From positions 28,314,551 to 28,378,550 of the forward strand of contig NC_089527.1 of NCBI RefSeq assembly GCF_963924715.1: a DNA stretch of 64,000 nt. The letters are read 5' to 3'. The notes beneath the pieces were generated by a model. It was not told the origin of the DNA, ran no database searches, and saw only the letters and a program-made list of their open reading frames with translations. Position numbers and translations under genes: made by a program. Within the stretch, counting starts at the first letter, position 1, and each line of letters starts with the position of its first letter. Below, one piece after another: positions 11,754-25,867 of this stretch. Source of the stretch: Thunnus thynnus. Lineage: Eukaryota.

Positions 11754-13105
11754 TATGTAAAAATGCTTTTTCAAAGCAAACTATGATTTTGCAAAAGGCA
11801 AATCAGTTTGTATGTGTGTGAAATTAAAACTTTTCTCTGCTGTGCTGATGACCTTTTGCTTCTGTTCTGCCTTTTTAAAGAGATTTCTATAAATTAGATG
11901 TTTACAGCTTTTGCCAGAAGAGCTTCATTAACCAATTTCCAATGTTTCAAACAACTAAAAGAAGCAGACAGATAAAACAAAACCAAACCTCTGCAAAATG
12001 CAACAGATTCATAAAAACCTTTATTTTGATTTATGTCTTAGCTAAAGATTTCATGATAGTTGAAAGTTGCAAAAAACCTGATTGAGACCATTTCTTATGA
12101 CATCCCTCATATCATAATTAAACAATGTAATATAGATTTTGTGTAATTATGTCTTATTATATCATTAAATGACGCTTTCCTGAAAATAATTTTTAAATGA
12201 AGTCTGTTCAGCAGCTGACAGATCTCTTTAGCAGAGGCCATCAGTGTTTGTGAATTTTACTTGATAATTAGTGGTTTCACTCAGGAAACACTTGCTGTTG
12301 TGAGAGAATTATCAAATTATTTTAGATGAAATGTAAACCAAAACTATTCAACAGATGAGTCAATATAAAGTCAGTCAATTACAACATATCAGCACTGTAC
12401 TGGAGTCAGACGTTTGTCATGATGTCCTTTGTAATGCTGGTAGCTGATACTGGTTGTGGCTTTTTATGTAATTATGAAAACAATTAAAATCTTTTTAAAA
12501 ATTGAATATTTTTCAGTGTCTTTATGTTTCTTTTATCATCATTAATAGTGCAGAAAAACCCTGTTCTACTGGGATGTGAGAGGTCAGCTACAGATGGGGA
12601 TTTCATTCATTCAAAACTGAACTTGGTTAAAAGATGATCTGTCTTTTCACCACACTCTCATGCTGTATTCAACAGGCACTAAGTGAAGAAAACAACTCTA
12701 ACAATGAAACAGAACATCCTGTATCTCAATCTAGACAATCTACTGGATGAGATCTGAGACTGTCTTCACCAGAAAAATAAAAGCACTGGTTGTTTGTACA
12801 AGTGACTTGAGGAAGAGTTCAGGTGGACAGGTGGGTCAGCAAACCATGTGGCTTTGACATGAGAGATGGCTGTTCTTTTGTTTACTTAACTAAAACTACT
12901 TGCTTGGAGTTGAGGAAGGATTGTCTTCATGGTTCAAAGTAACCAACGTTGACTGTTAGACAGGACCATTTGTACACCTACCATCCATCACAACCTCCAC
13001 CTCCAAGCATTAAGGTTCCCCAGAACTGTCTTTTGTGTCTATAGACCAGCTGCATGTGGACTTAATTGTCAAATGTAATATTGCGCTTTATGACACAATG
13101 TAGAT

Positions 13106-14515
13106 CAGGGGTCTCAAATTCAAATTACCTGGGGGCTGCTGGAGGCAGAATCTGGGTGAGGCTGGGCCGCATCAGGTATTCCACAAAAGCTTAGCGGGCG
13201 CAGGCTAGGATAGTAGGCGCAAAAAAGGCGACTACTACCGGGTTGTTCATTACCCGCCGTGCTTTTGTTGTTGTAAACGTCGTCATAGAAACAAGTGAAA
13301 CAAATGGCATCATAAAGAAATATCTTATAATGTTTATTGTGCAAGGCATTTACTATGGAGTAAAATGTTTTGAGGAATAAATCTCTTTCCGCAAATGATT
13401 CAGTACATTTCATTCACCCAAAAGATGTTTTCAAATAATTTGTCCATGAATGTCACATCATTGCAGAGCAAACGTGGAGAACATGAAGCCGGGACAGTGG
13501 GACACCATTATGCCATGGTTTGCACCTCCATGGCTGCAAACCATGGGATGCAGCCATGGAGGTGTTATTTATTGGCTTTTATTTCCTATAATAACTCCAT
13601 GGATGCAGCGGGCGCTGTGAAGCTAGCAGCGTTGTCAAATCAAATATGACGTGTGGCACAGCAGCATCAGCTGTACGGTGTTTTGTTACACTCTGTATTT
13701 ATGATCTCTGACGGATAAACATAAGTGTGTTCATGGAAACGCATGTATTAACTTTTAGTTCACTTCACAACGTGGCATTATGTGACAGAAATATGCACAT
13801 ACATTATTATCTGCCAGACTTATAAAGACGCAGATACACCTGGTTCTGTTTTTTTAATGTCACACACTGTGGAATCACATGCACGAGCCTCATTTGCCGT
13901 CACAGTGAGCCAAAAATGGATGTAAAGTTCTTTATACCTCCGTTTGTACGTCAACGGTTGTGTCCGTTCCGCTCATCAGACCTCAGTGAGAATTACGCAC
14001 AGGCTCTCCAACAGCTGATCATTACGCACGGCTGCTGTGGATATTTGAAACGACTTTACCCCTAATTCATCACATTTTTCTGCAAACCGTCACCACTGTT
14101 AAGTGTCAGTCATCATTATTAAACATCAGAAGAATGATAAATGATTTATTGATAGAGCTCCTGTTGAAACGGACTTTACAAAGTGCTTCAAAACAAAATG
14201 AAGTGATCGTTAACAGAGAGATGATGCTGAAATAAACAGAATGATGCTTTAATAAGGTTTAATAATTCACCTTTGAATTTTACTGAGAGCTGTTCTCAGC
14301 GCACATTCTTCCTGTATAAATAGCATAGTTGTTGTGAAACAGCCATATACCCCTGTGATTGGCAGGTTCGTTCAGCTACAGCTTGTGCAATAAAGGGACC
14401 TTCCACACACCACACAGTAAAGTGCCATTCATATAAAACTCGCGGGCCGCACTAACATTAAACTTTCATATCAAGGTGGGGGCCACAAAATATCAGCCCG
14501 AGATTGAGACCCATG
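13106..14515. mobile_element. Non-autonomous hAT-like DNA transposon, copy 1.
   Basis: Terminal inverted repeats CAGGGGTCTCAAATTC ... GATTGAGACCCATG. No transposase ORF. About 1.4 kb. Internal palindromes are present. Confidence 0.6.
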
Positions 14516-14519
14516 CGTT

Positions 14520-16160
14520 AGTAACACGCTACAGTAAGTTTAGCATGTTACAATGCAAAATGTGCCAAAATCACTTTACTTAGAGCAAACAACCACCTAT
14601 AGTGACTTACAACCAGCTTGTAATGTATTATATCTACCTATTCCTCGGGAATTTCATTACTCCACTTAAAGCACTCAGTGACCAGTTAGAGTAGCTTATA
14701 CTCACATTATAATGCATTACAAGATGATTATAATGTATTCCAACTATGAGAATTTAAAACACTATGACCCTTGCACAAAAAATGTCAGCATGTGACCAGT
14801 TATGAAGTATTATGATACTTAACCTTATTTTTTGTGTTATGATTATTGTTATAAAGCATTATGAATATTTATGAGTACTTATAACTATAATTATACAGTG
14901 CTATAAGCAGAGTATAATGCATTATGAATATGTTTATAATGCATTATAGACATTGGTGTCAAAGAAGTGTTACCCAAAAGGTTATGTGTGTCACACATAA
15001 TCAACTTTGTTCAACCCTGAAAATTGCCACTAAAATGATCTTGAAACAAAAGTTTCCACATCACTCTCAGGTAACTGCACACTTGACCAGGATTGGCTTC
15101 TAAACTACTTGTGATGTCACAGATCATGCTGGCAGGTTTCTCACCTTTAACTCAGATTTAAGGTGAGAAGCACAAACATCCAAATGAAGCAACAATAAGC
15201 AAAACACATTTTTGATTGGAGAGGGATTTTAATGTTAATAAATAAACTAGTTACATTTACAGTAGACTTTTAGAAAAGTTTTACTTCTCAACCAAATATA
15301 CAAAAGATCTTAGCCTGGACACTTTTAACATTCACACACATGCAGCTGATATCATATTTAATGCTGATGTTTTGCACAAAGTACCACGTAAAATAACCAT
15401 TAATATCACTGATGTAAAAGTGAATGCACATAAACACTGATGTTTGTCCAAGTGCTCATTTTTCTGATAAGTTTGTTTTTAATTAGTTATTTGACTATAT
15501 AAAAAGGGGTTGTGACAGCCACACTCAAACCTCTGTCAGGCAGTGGAACAGCTGAGTGGGCGTGTCCCACGGGCTGTCATCTCGCCTCCCAACCATAGAC
15601 GGTAAAAAAACATGGATGTAGTCATCATGACGTCACCGATTGGTTTGTGGACTGCCGTTTTGAAACCTTGTGTTTAGCGATTTGACACTGAGTGGTCACT
15701 CGTGGTATTGCAGCAAAAAAAATCCCCTGCAGCCTAAAAAGTATTTTCCCCATAGACCACCATTGTAAAAGAGGCAACTGTAAAACTGTTAGCAGGACAC
15801 TTTGAACTGCAAACAAGATCAATTATGTATCTTTCTATTATGAATTTTTGATCCATGGAGGTTTTTCATTTGTAAAAATTTACTTGAGCCAAGGAAAGCC
15901 ATATAAAAATTGGTGACATCGTCACAATGTAAAGTCTATATTCAGTGGGCTGCACAACATGGAAGGGTGCCATTTTTGGTCTGGTAGCTCTTATAATACA
16001 TCCATGCTTGCTCCTGACTCTACTACACAGACTCGAGCTCCAAATGACCTCACACAAGCAAGATGGCAGCTCCCTGAAAGGAGATATATTGGCTTCACTT
16101 TTGCATAGAAGTAGGAAGTGGAGACACATCATAATGCAGCTTCTTTGCACTATTTTTGCT
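14520..16160. repeat. Composite unclassified repeat block. It recurs at 60640-62161, and in part at 49560-50400.
   Basis: Near-identical stretches (for example ggttgtgacagccacactcaaacctctgtcagg at 15510 and 61510) contain the short palindromes gtgacatcgtcac and gacgtcaccg. Confidence 0.6.
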
Positions 16161-16471
16161 TAAGACTATTTTTATACTGCCCTCCTTGTTCTGATGGGTG
16201 TCATGTGAAATAATAAGTAACTACTAATTTGTGGTAGTACTGGCAGTACTTGTAGACTGTGAGGAATCATTAGATGAAGCATTAGTCTGGGTTTGATGAC
16301 ACAATTTTATCCTGCTCTTGGTTAAGGCTGTTTGGATTCATCCTCCATTGTATAAATTATGCACATTAGGGGTTCATGCACTGAAAACAGTTTTTGAAAC
16401 CAGATATTGACAAATAGAAGGACATAAGCTGTGTCTACTCTTTAATGTCTCTTGTTTAACATGTTTTACAG

Positions 16472-16613
16472 AGAAAACTTGTCCCGCAGGATGACGTATG
16501 TTCAGTTTTACTTGTTATCTCATCTCCACTAAATCTGGTTCTTGGAAAAAGGCAGAAAAGACTGCAGAGCCAGAGGAGCAGATCTGGTGGTCATAGACAG
16601 TTATGAAGAACAG
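16472..16613 (+). pseudogene. Gene A' pseudo CTLD exon 1.
   Basis: Homologous to 10010-10152 but TGG is changed to TGA (CPAG*RMF), there is a 1-nt deletion, and a downstream in-frame TAG. Splice sites retained. Confidence 0.7.
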
Positions 16614-16621
16614 GTATTCTG

Positions 16622-16623
<2 letters not shown>

Positions 16624-16672
<49 letters not shown>

Positions 16673-16673
16673 G
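16624..16673. repeat. (TG)n microsatellite immediately after the A' pseudo-exon 1 donor.
   Basis: tgtgtg... about 22 units. The D homolog (62640-62670) is interrupted and imperfect. Confidence 0.9.
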
Positions 16674-16798
16674 CTGATAATGTTGACTGTCTACCCTAGA
16701 CTGTAATTAGACATGTATGTCCTGGAAGAGGGTTCCCTCCTTTGCTGCTCTTTATTTAGGTTTCTCATGTGTTTTTTTCTTTCCTTCACATTGAACAG

Positions 16799-16902
16799 GA
16801 ATTCCTCACTAATATTACAAAGCAAGAAAGTTGGATTGGTTTGAGTGACAGAGAAAAAGAGGGAACCTGGAAATGGACAGATGGAACTCCACTGACTCAG
16901 GC
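16799..16902 (+). pseudogene. Gene A' CTLD exon 2 of a second subfamily. Open frame, but part of a disrupted gene.
   Basis: Acceptor ttgaacag|ga, donor ggc|gtaagg. Encodes EFLTNITKQESWIGLSDREKEGTWKWTDGTPLTQ. Differs from the A/B/C exon 2 (TFLTTFT...). Confidence 0.6.
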
Positions 16903-17465
16903 GTAAGGCAGAAATGTTATTCACACCTACTCCAAGGTTGTTTTTGTTTGTTTGCTTATTTTGTTTGTTTTATTGGTTTGTTTGTTTGTATTATTATTAC
17001 TTTAGTATAAAAGGTGTTACTACATCATTATTTTTATATTATCTGTCACTATGATAATTATTATTCATTATTATCTATATTATTTCATATTTATTATCAA
17101 TGATGCAACAACAATCATGATGCTTGTCATTGTCATTTTCACTTATCATTCTCATTGTTATAGAAATAGTTATCATGAATGCTGTTACACATGCCATTAT
17201 TGACATCAGGAGAAGGATGATGTATATTAATATTATTATATAGACAGCTATTATTAATATTATTACACATGTTTATAGAATGATGATTATGATGTTGATA
17301 ACTGTGGATAATTTATGTAATAATGGTCTATCAATTTTTGCATAGATTATTATCAGGATGAAAAGATGATGATACTGTTATTATTATTGTCATGATTATT
17401 ATACATATTAATGGGATGATGATGACGACAACATTATTTATCTATGCTATTTTTAGAATTTGATG

Positions 17466-17501
<36 letters not shown>

Positions 17502-19130
17502 TATTATATAATATATGTTATACATATTATTATTATTGGCATTAATATTAATTTTGATATCATTTTAAGAATTAAGAAACATGTAGTATTTGGTAACAGG
17601 CCGGATTTCAGTCTGTTAAGTTCAGTTCAGTTACTGAACTCTGTTCATTTCTACCGTTTTACAAGTGTGAGAATACACAGACACCTTCAGGTTCAGACCA
17701 TACACAGACATACAATTAACAATTACACTGAACCTCCTCACTCAACAACCTACTCTATTCACCTACTTCTTCTCTTTTCTTTCTATTCTCACTCTCTTGC
17801 GTTAAATCATTTTTTATTTATCATTATTATTTATTTTATTTTTTATTAACTTGTTTGCATACTCATTTATCTATCTTTTTTTATGTTTTATTCCGTTATG
17901 TTTGAGCCAACCATATCTGAATGATGGGACCACCTCGGAGTGAGCCCTGGTGACTGGGGGGTGCTTGGGGGACTGGACTGGTTTGGGACAGCTTGGAGTC
18001 AGAGGACCTGATCCCCACTAAGCCCTTCTCCAAGTAGAAAGTTGCTCCTCAGACCCAGTTAAACAGACCCCTCCTGTAGATGTGGGGCTGATCTAAAGGG
18101 GATCTGACCTACAACAGGCCAGCCACCTCTTACAGGAGTGGTGGCAGCCTACAGACAAAGAAAGCAGGGAAGAGGAGAAGCGGAAAAGAGCTAAAAAATT
18201 AAGAATAAAAAAAGAATAAAACAAGCAAACAAAATTGAAAAGAAAAGAGACAAAGAAAGGGAAAATAAATAAATACATCAAAAATTCTGTCCTGACCTGA
18301 CCTGCCCCAGATCCACCAGATGGTGCCTGTCCTCTAAGATTGTGGCTGTGTTATTTTTTTTCTTTTTCTCTTTCTTTCTTGGGGTTAATACGGTCTCTTC
18401 CTTTTTGCTCTCTTTTTGTTCTCTCTCCCCTTTTTATCTTTCACACAGAAAACCCACCCACTCACACAAACACACACACACACACACACACACCTACCTA
18501 CACCTACCTGAGTCTAGTTCTCCCCCTTGTCTTCTGCTGTCATGTGTGTCTTCATGTTGGTCACTTGTATTGCACTATAAACAAAAAAAGATCTAAGCAG
18601 ACACAAATAAGCTGATTGTGAGCAGAAAAAAGCAGTTAGCAGTTTTACACACAATGTGTGTATTGTTGGAAAAATCACCCTAACATCATATGCCGATATA
18701 AACCTATGTGTACAGTGTATAAAAATGAGTTCTACATTAAAGCTGCATTCATTGTTTGTTTTGTTATGTTTTTTGGCTACTTGGAGAGTAGAAAATACAA
18801 TAAACAGAACACAACATATTAATTGACCTTTTAAAGTTGTTATGGTGAACTTGGCCAATGGTTGCCTATTTACACTCTCAGCGTACATTGAACAGTAGAA
18901 TTTTGTTTCTGACAAATGTTACCCCCCCCCCCAAAAAAAAGTGTTTGACTTTTTTCCTGCTGTGTTATTGTCCACAGGACAACACTGGGTGTCAGCATGG
19001 AAGGTTACAAAGTTTTACAAACTTATATTGTCTCAAAATAATCACAGTGTGTTGGCACATAACCAAAAACTACAGAAGCTGTGTTTATGACTGTGTTAAG
19101 ATTGACAATCATGATTCTCATTCTCATTAA

Positions 19131-19207
19131 CTACTGGGCGATGAAGCAGCCTGATAAAGGAGATTGAGATTCGAAATGGGGAGAAGAAGACTGTGCGACA
19201 ATCAGAG
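19131..19207 (+). pseudogene. Gene A' CTLD exon 3 remnant (5' half only). Homology ends about 110 bp before the ERV LTR.
   Basis: Reads YWAMKQPDKGD*..GEEDCATIR, homologous to YWxxNQPDNG..GEEDCVHIR. Preceded by the homologous intron end (tcatgattctc...). Homology stops at about 19207. Confidence 0.6.
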
Positions 19208-19317
19208 CTTTGGTGACAACTACAATAGTAGAGCTTAAGTCCCTTAAACTTTTTCAAGTCATTATCACTACAGATGTAATCCCACCTCCGACCACAATGT
19301 GGGTTACAATGACAGGG

Positions 19318-19500
19318 CACTGTCTCCAATGAATTTTATTTTCTACATCTTCCTCTTTACAAATATAATGCTGAACTTCCTTTAACCTTAGCTGATGAGT
19401 CTGCTGATGTTGCAGAGTTGCAGTACAAGACAGGAACAATTCATCATGATCTATGTAAAATACACACACATACACAGTGTAATCATAATTTTAATAACAT
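19318..19500 (-). repeat. ERV 3' LTR (at least its U5-side part).
   Basis: Matches 27150-27335. The U3 extent is uncertain because similarity decays beyond 19500. Confidence 0.55.
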
Positions 19501-20152
19501 GTCCTTCCTGTTTGTACTCTTAAAAAATACAAAAATACAATAGTATAAAAATTTCTTGTAAGTAGAGGAAAAGAAAAATACAATTAATTCAAACGAGAAA
19601 ACCACAAATGATTCAAATGAGTATATATGAATGATTCAAATGATTAACATAATAAATGATTACATAGTTGCATGATTCTCTTGACAACAGATGTGGAAGC
19701 AAAAAAAACCTGTCAGGCAGTTCTTTATCATTCTTTTCATTTTCGTGTGTTTCTTTCGGACAGGAAAAATTCTCCTCACAACCCCGCTGCCCCAGCGGCC
19801 ATTAATCAGTGTCAATAAGTGTTTCAATCACATTTGTATGCTTAATCACATGTCACAATTTTAGAGACTTCAATTCTGACAATAGCCATTGTATATGAAC
19901 ATTTCTTATATATTCCAAAAAAAACAAAAAAACAAAACTTGTCCTCAGTCAGGCTGATCGACTCATTGGACCCTATGTGTGGACCTTCCCCTGCCTAAGG
20001 TCCTTCTACCTGATATGTGAAAGAAATAGAAAACCTATAAATGTATATACAACATACTGTCAGTCTTTTTCTCTTAAGCATACATTACATAAGAACACTA
20101 TAACTTCCCTTCAGATTTTCTATAAGTTCGTCATTATGCTGTGGAATAAAGA

Positions 20153-21017
20153 CTAAACAGGTGTCTCATCTCCAGCAAGTGTCACATCTCCAATGTGTTC
20201 ATAGATGGACTCCTCTCTTGCTTCGAGCTGAACATACTCTCCGTAGATCTCTTCATCTCCGTGTCTAACCCCGACATGTCCTCCGACCACAACATGTCTC
20301 TCGTAATCGTTATCTGTGGAGACAGGCTGATACAATAGCTGTTGCCACGTTAGTGTAGTAGTAATCAATTTTTGCATTAATTCTCTCAGACATGGAATGC
20401 AACAACAAGTAACTAGAAAGGCAAGCATGATTCCCACAGACAATATTATGGCTTTAAAGGTGTTTTCCCATTTCCTAAACATGTCCTCCAGCCACCCAGT
20501 GAAAGGATCTGTGATACCTGAATTCTCCGCAGTACCACCACGTATCTGAACATTCATATTCGTGATTGGTAACCAAGTCATCAGTAATCCTATTGCGATT
20601 CTTACTCACTGCAACTGTAGTGCCACAACCTGTCAGATCTCCCATTTCTTGTCCTCCATTCAATCCACGTGTTCTGGACAGGCAGATATAATTCCCCTTG
20701 TATGGCATAAACCATGGTGGAATAACCTTAGTGGAGACAGCTGGAAACAGATACTTGAGAGTGGTACAGTTATTTCTAGGAGAGTCAGTTTTATGTAGAC
20801 TGAGCATACACTTGAATCCTTGAAGATCATTGTGAGGATTAAGTGGAAAAGGAACTGTTCCCAATGATGGTCTTGCAGCTGCACAAACTATGCAATCAGT
20901 TGCTAGTCCGGAACCCTTAGTGGTGAAAGAAATCCATTGTAACCATAGCTGTTTCTTACTCCAGGCGAGCAAAGCTCTTCCTCCTGGAGTCTGATGAACT
21001 GGTACACGGTTTAACAC
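20153..21017 (-). pseudogene. ERV env (SU plus TM), frameshifted.
   Basis: The SU part is Cys-rich and includes a CIVC (CXXC) motif. The TM part has a membrane anchor AIILSVGIMLAFLVTCCCIPC followed by a cytoplasmic tail. Two ORFs overlap at 20475-20581. Confidence 0.6.
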
Positions 21018-21067
21018 TACAAATGTGTAATCTTCAGCAGTTGTCGTTGACTTGTTTATATTGTTTA

Positions 21068-22084
21068 TTACTTATCTGTAGGTATTGGTGCTCGTTTACA
21101 GTGTGTCAGGTGTAGCCACGTCATTCTCTCAGCTATGCGCACTGCTGTGGGTGTTGCGAGTAGCACTTGGAATGGGCCTTCCCACCTTGGAGAGCTCCAG
21201 TTCTTCCTTTTGAGCATTTTGGTGAAAACCCAGTCTCCTGGCTTCACAGGTGTCGTTTGGTCAGAGACTGGCTCTGTGGGTGAGAGGACTGTAGACATAG
21301 TCTCTTTGTTTTTCAACATCCTGCTCATATAATCTACAATCGTTTCTGTTAATTCTGTGTCATCTCCCTTTAAGTTAATCAAAGGTACTCTGTAGGGTCT
21401 ACCATATAGGATTTCAAAAGGTGATTGTCCTGTATTGTTAGGCTGTATGTGAAGGCTTAACATTACTGCTGGCAAACAGGTTATCCGTCCTTTCCCTGTG
21501 TCTTCCATGGCTTTCCTGAGTTTAGCCTTGATTGTACCATTTGCTCTTTCCACTAATCCTGCTGACTGTGGATGATAAGAACAATGATATTTCATTTTCA
21601 TGGAAAATATTTCACTTAGTTTAGCAATTACATCATTTCTGAAATGAGGTCCATTATCACTATATATAATTTCTAGAAACCCAAATCTCGGTGCAATATG
21701 TGTTACTAGAGCTTTCACTACTGTTATTGCATCACTTCTTACTGTTGAAATGACTTCAATCAATTTTGAATATAAGTCTATGATTACTAAGCAGTATTTT
21801 TTGTTTTCACATTTATTCAATTCAATGAAATCCATGCGTACTGTGTGAAATGGGATTTGTGCATTGGGTATCCTGCCTGATCTTGGTTTCAATTTACCTT
21901 GAACATTCTGTTTTCCACACACTACACATGATGCACAAAAAATTTTTGCATAATTTTGGAATCCATAGGTTGTATATATTTTGTTTATTAGTTCATACAT
22001 ACCTCCAGTTGATGTATGGATCAACCCATTCATCAATACTGCTGCAAATCGAAATAAATTCTTTGGAAGAATGTACTTTCCCAC
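21068..22084 (-). pseudogene. ERV integrase.
   Basis: A 338-aa ORF containing an HHCC-type zinc finger (..HTSTG..C..C), the catalytic-core residues (VRMDFIEL, YSDNGPHF) and a C-terminal SH3-like region. Confidence 0.8.
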
Positions 22085-22262
22085 TAGTCATTTCCATAAT
22101 TCATATTCAGATAATTTCACCCCTTTCTTTGCCCAAAACTGTCTCTTTGAGTCAGGTGAGCTATGTTTTATGTCTTTTAAAATGTCATGATCAATGTGTG
22201 AAATTTGCTCAGCTGTGTATATGTCTTGGTTTTCTTGTCTAGCAGCAGCTGCTTTCGCTTCC

Positions 22263-23208
22263 TCATCCGCCTTCCTGTGAGATTAAGTCATCTCCTGAAG
22301 TGTGAGCAGCACACTTACATACTTCTATCTGCAGTGGCAATTGTACAGCCTCTAATAAGGCTGAAATCAAATCAGTGTGTAAAATTGGCTTTCCAGTGGA
22401 CGTAATCATACCTATTTTTCCACTGTTGTGCGAAAATATGTAAGGTGTTAAGAGCATATGCACTATCAGTATAGACAGTTACTCTCTTTCCTGCTCCTAA
22501 CTTGCATGCTTCAGTTAGTGCAATCAGCTCTGCTGCTTGAGCTGAGAAATGGGGTGCAAGTGCTTTTGATCACAGTACTTTGTCTATAGTTACCACTGCA
22601 TAACCACTACTATTTGTTCCGTCCGGATTCTTTTTGCATGAGCCATCTACAAACATCACTACGTCTGGGTTTTGTAACGCCACATCAGTTAGATCTGCTC
22701 TAGGTAATACTTTTTTCGTTGCTTCAGCCACACAATCATGTTTGGTGCCTTCTGTTTCGTTTGGAAGTAGTGTTGCCGAATTTAGAGTTGTACACCTGTC
22801 AATAGTTAGGTGAGGCTGAGAGAGTAGAATGGTCATGCAGTTAAGATGTCGAGCTACAGCGTGTGACACTTTCAGTGTTAATGGATGAAATAAGATGATT
22901 GTGGCTGAACTTTGTATTGCTAGGGCTGCTGCTTGTACAGCTTGCAAACACTGCAGCATCGCTCTAGCTATTGGATCTAGTTTAGATGAATAATATGCCA
23001 CAGGTCTAAGTTTCCCTCTTAATGGCTGGGTTAACACACTGGTTATAAACCCACCTCTAGCATCACATGTTTGTACAAAAACTTTCCTATAATCTTGAAG
23101 TGCCAGTATTGCTGAACTCACAAACAGTTGTTTTATTTGCAAAAATGCATGTTCTCCCTCTGGAGTCCGTGATAACATCATTGGCGGCCATGGGTCATAG
23201 ATAAGCAT
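22263..23208 (-). pseudogene. ERV RT connection / RNase H.
   Basis: VMFVDGSC...GYAVVT at the RNase H N-terminus, with a C-terminal CKCAAHTSG. A frameshift lies between the two ORFs. Confidence 0.65.
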
Positions 23209-23400
23209 TTGAAGTTGGTGTGTTACTTCAGCATAGTTTGCAATCCACGCTCTTCAGAAGTTAGTCATCCCTAGAAATTACATAATTTGTCTTTTTGTCT
23301 GCGGTTTGGGTGCTTGTAATATTGCTGTTTTCCTATTTTCATCTAGGTGTTTGCTTTCAAAAAAGATATTAAAACCTAAATATTTCACTGTCTTTTTCCA

Positions 23401-24075
23401 TTATTGTAATTTGTTCTTGCTTACTTTATGGCCCTGTTCTGCCAAATATTTTAATAGCGCAATAGTATCAATTTTACAATCCTGTTCATTTCCTGACGCG
23501 AGTAAAATGTCATCAACATATAATAACAGTTGGCTCCCCCTTAGGGAAGTGAATTGTGCTAAGTTGGATGACATTGCCATTGAAAAGATCGTCGGGCTTT
23601 CACAATGTCCTTGTGGGAGTCTTGTGAATGTATACTTTTTACCCCTGTATTGAAATGCAAACCAAAATTGATCTTCCTTATGGAGCAGAACAGAGAAAAA
23701 TGCATTAGCTAAATCTATCACTGTTAAGTATTTAGCTTATGGATTACATTCATTTAACAGCGTGTGTGGGTCTGGAACGAGGGGAGCACGTGGTATTACT
23801 GCTTTATTTACTGCCTGTAAATCCTTTACCATCCTCCATCCTGTTGATGGGGCTGCCTTTTTTACGGGGAACAGGGGGCTATTGCATGCTGCATCTGGGC
23901 ACTCCCTGATAACTCCTACACTTTGTAGATCTTGTATTATCGGTGCAATCCCCTCTTCCGCCTCTAGTTTAAGTGGATACTGTCTCTGATATGGCCTGTA
24001 AGAGCCTTTTGGAGTTTTTTTAACTGGTTGTATTCCTTTAATAAGTCCTACATCAGCTGATCCTTTGGACCACAA
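23401..24075 (-). pseudogene. ERV reverse transcriptase.
   Basis: RQYPLKLEAEEGIAPIIQDLQSVGVIRECPDAACNSPLFPVKKAAPSTGWRMVKDLQAVNK, followed by LLYVDDILLAS (YVDD box) in the next ORF. This is MLV-like RT architecture. Confidence 0.85.
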
Positions 24076-25244
24076 CTTTTGAGGTACACTGTTTAGGTCT
24101 AACTCTTCTTTGTCAGTGTCATGGGTTCACCATCTTAGTGACTATTTTTCATGTTGTTCACCTGCCTGATCTCTAACTCTCCTGTCATTGCAGATCCTGC
24201 CACACCCATCTGCCCTGCAATCACCTCATTCCCCTCACCTGAGTTTCCACACCCATCTCCTCACCTGGATTCCATTAGGCTCATCAGTCATTCCTTATAT
24301 ATACTGGTCCATATTCACATGCTCCTTGCCAGATTGTTTGCCTAGCTTTCCAGCATTTCTATATCTACCTGTTCGCTCGCCTGTTACCTGAGATCCTGCC
24401 TGTTTCCCGGTCTTGAGATTTGCCTAGTCCTTTTGAGTTGTCTGCCTGATCTGCCTGTCTGCCTGGTTTGTGACCCCTGCTTGGTTTTTTTTTTTTGGAC
24501 TGATTAAAGAATATTGGACTCTGCTCCTGTCTCTGAGGATGTGCTTTTGGGTTCTGAGGTTCTGAGTCGTTACAGTCAGTTAGATTGAATCAGGCAGTGG
24601 TAAAGTCTAGGCTGGTTTCTCCACTGAGGTGAACCGCTTGTACCGTTTGTGTTACCCAGTTCAGGTGGGTACAGTACACATTTAATTTGGGTGCAAATAA
24701 CACTCTCTCTCTCACCTCCTGCCACTCACAGTTTGATCTCTCTATTTTTGAAACAAACTCGCCTAAATCTTTCCACTGCATCTCTTGGGTTTGTAAACAG
24801 GAAATGTGCGGTGTCAGGCTTCCTCAATAGTTTTGCCTTTGCTTTTCGGAGGCTCACCGCGCAAGCACAGTTTCCTTTTTGGTCCCAATACAGTTTGGTG
24901 ATAGTCATTTTGCAGCTGGATTCTTTAAAGAACTTTTCATGATATTCTCTGTCTTGTTCATTTTGATGTGGAAAGTACATTGTGCAATGTAACTCTTCGG
25001 GTGTGTGCGCTTCAATATTTTTTATTTCAGCTGGAGGAATGCGGTCTTTTACCAATTTCATTAGCTCCTGAGTTATACTTCCTGGCCCAGTTTGAACTAA
25101 ATCCAAACTGTACCAGTAATTTAACGTCAGTCCTTCGCACACAAATGTTTCTGTGTCGTCCTCTTCATCACTGTCGGTTGTTTTTAGGTTAACTTGGCAG
25201 GCTTTAGTACCAGAGCCATTTTGATCTGGTACTCCAGCTATCCC

Positions 25245-25420
25245 TAATTTCGTCATCAAATCTCTTCCTAAGAGCTTAACGGGACACATTTGTGATATTA
25301 CCACTGAGGCATATATGTTTTTGTTTGTTTTGGGATCTTTTTATTTTAGAAGTTCAGTTAATGGTTCAATAGTCACATGTCCTGTGGCTGATCTAACCCT
25401 TAAACCGCCGTTTGGTTTTA
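25245..25420 (-). pseudogene. ERV protease remnant.
   Basis: LCDSGAC (D-S-G active-site motif) at about 25420, and a C-terminal LLGRDLMTKLG motif at about 25277-25245. Interrupted by a stop. Confidence 0.5.
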
Positions 25421-25867
25421 GGGTAAAATCTGTCCCTGTTTAATTACGTCGCACAACTGTTCAGCAAGCTCCAGAATCACATAAGAATGTTATTGATTTA
25501 CCCCGTACCTTTAATACTATCTATGGTTTAGTCCCTTCCTGTGATAGTAAAATTTCAGCTGTTTGTAATGATAGGATTTCATCTACCTCTGTCTCCCTAT
25601 CTGCTAGTGTGTGTGTGTGTGTGTCGGTGTTCCGGAGCCAGTCATACAGAGTAGTTTCTTTCCTGTTCTTCTTGTCTGGGTTTCGCTCCTCCGCTCCCTC
25701 CTTTCCCCCGTCCTCCTCCTCTCTCGCCTCCTAATTTCTTTGGAGCTCTGCAGTCTTGTGCATACTGTCAAGGTTTGCCACAATTACATTTATATTTTTC
25801 ATTTAGCAGATGCTTTTATCCAAAGCGACGTACATATGAGACTGATACAACACAAGCAAGGATCTAG

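Larger units (their letters stand above)
1..13100. repeat. Segmental duplication copy 1, paralogous to 29143-45300. It contains the 3' part of C-type lectin gene A plus its 3' flank.
   Basis: The first bases (ttcactaccattgccttatcc...) recur at 29143. The two stretches are collinear through neck exons, CTLD exons and flank. The 3' flank 12780-13100 recurs at 44960-45290 and 55890-56210. Confidence 0.85.

Noticed and set aside
11823-11828. ATTAAA about 70 nt after the gene A stop codon, a possible poly(A) signal.
   Set aside because: It is not a canonical AATAAA, several other A-rich hexamers follow, and no transcript evidence is available. I left it unannotated.
17460-17849. 129-aa ORF full of poly-Ile (also 63641-63868).
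   Set aside because: Translation of an (ATT)n microsatellite and AT-rich sequence.
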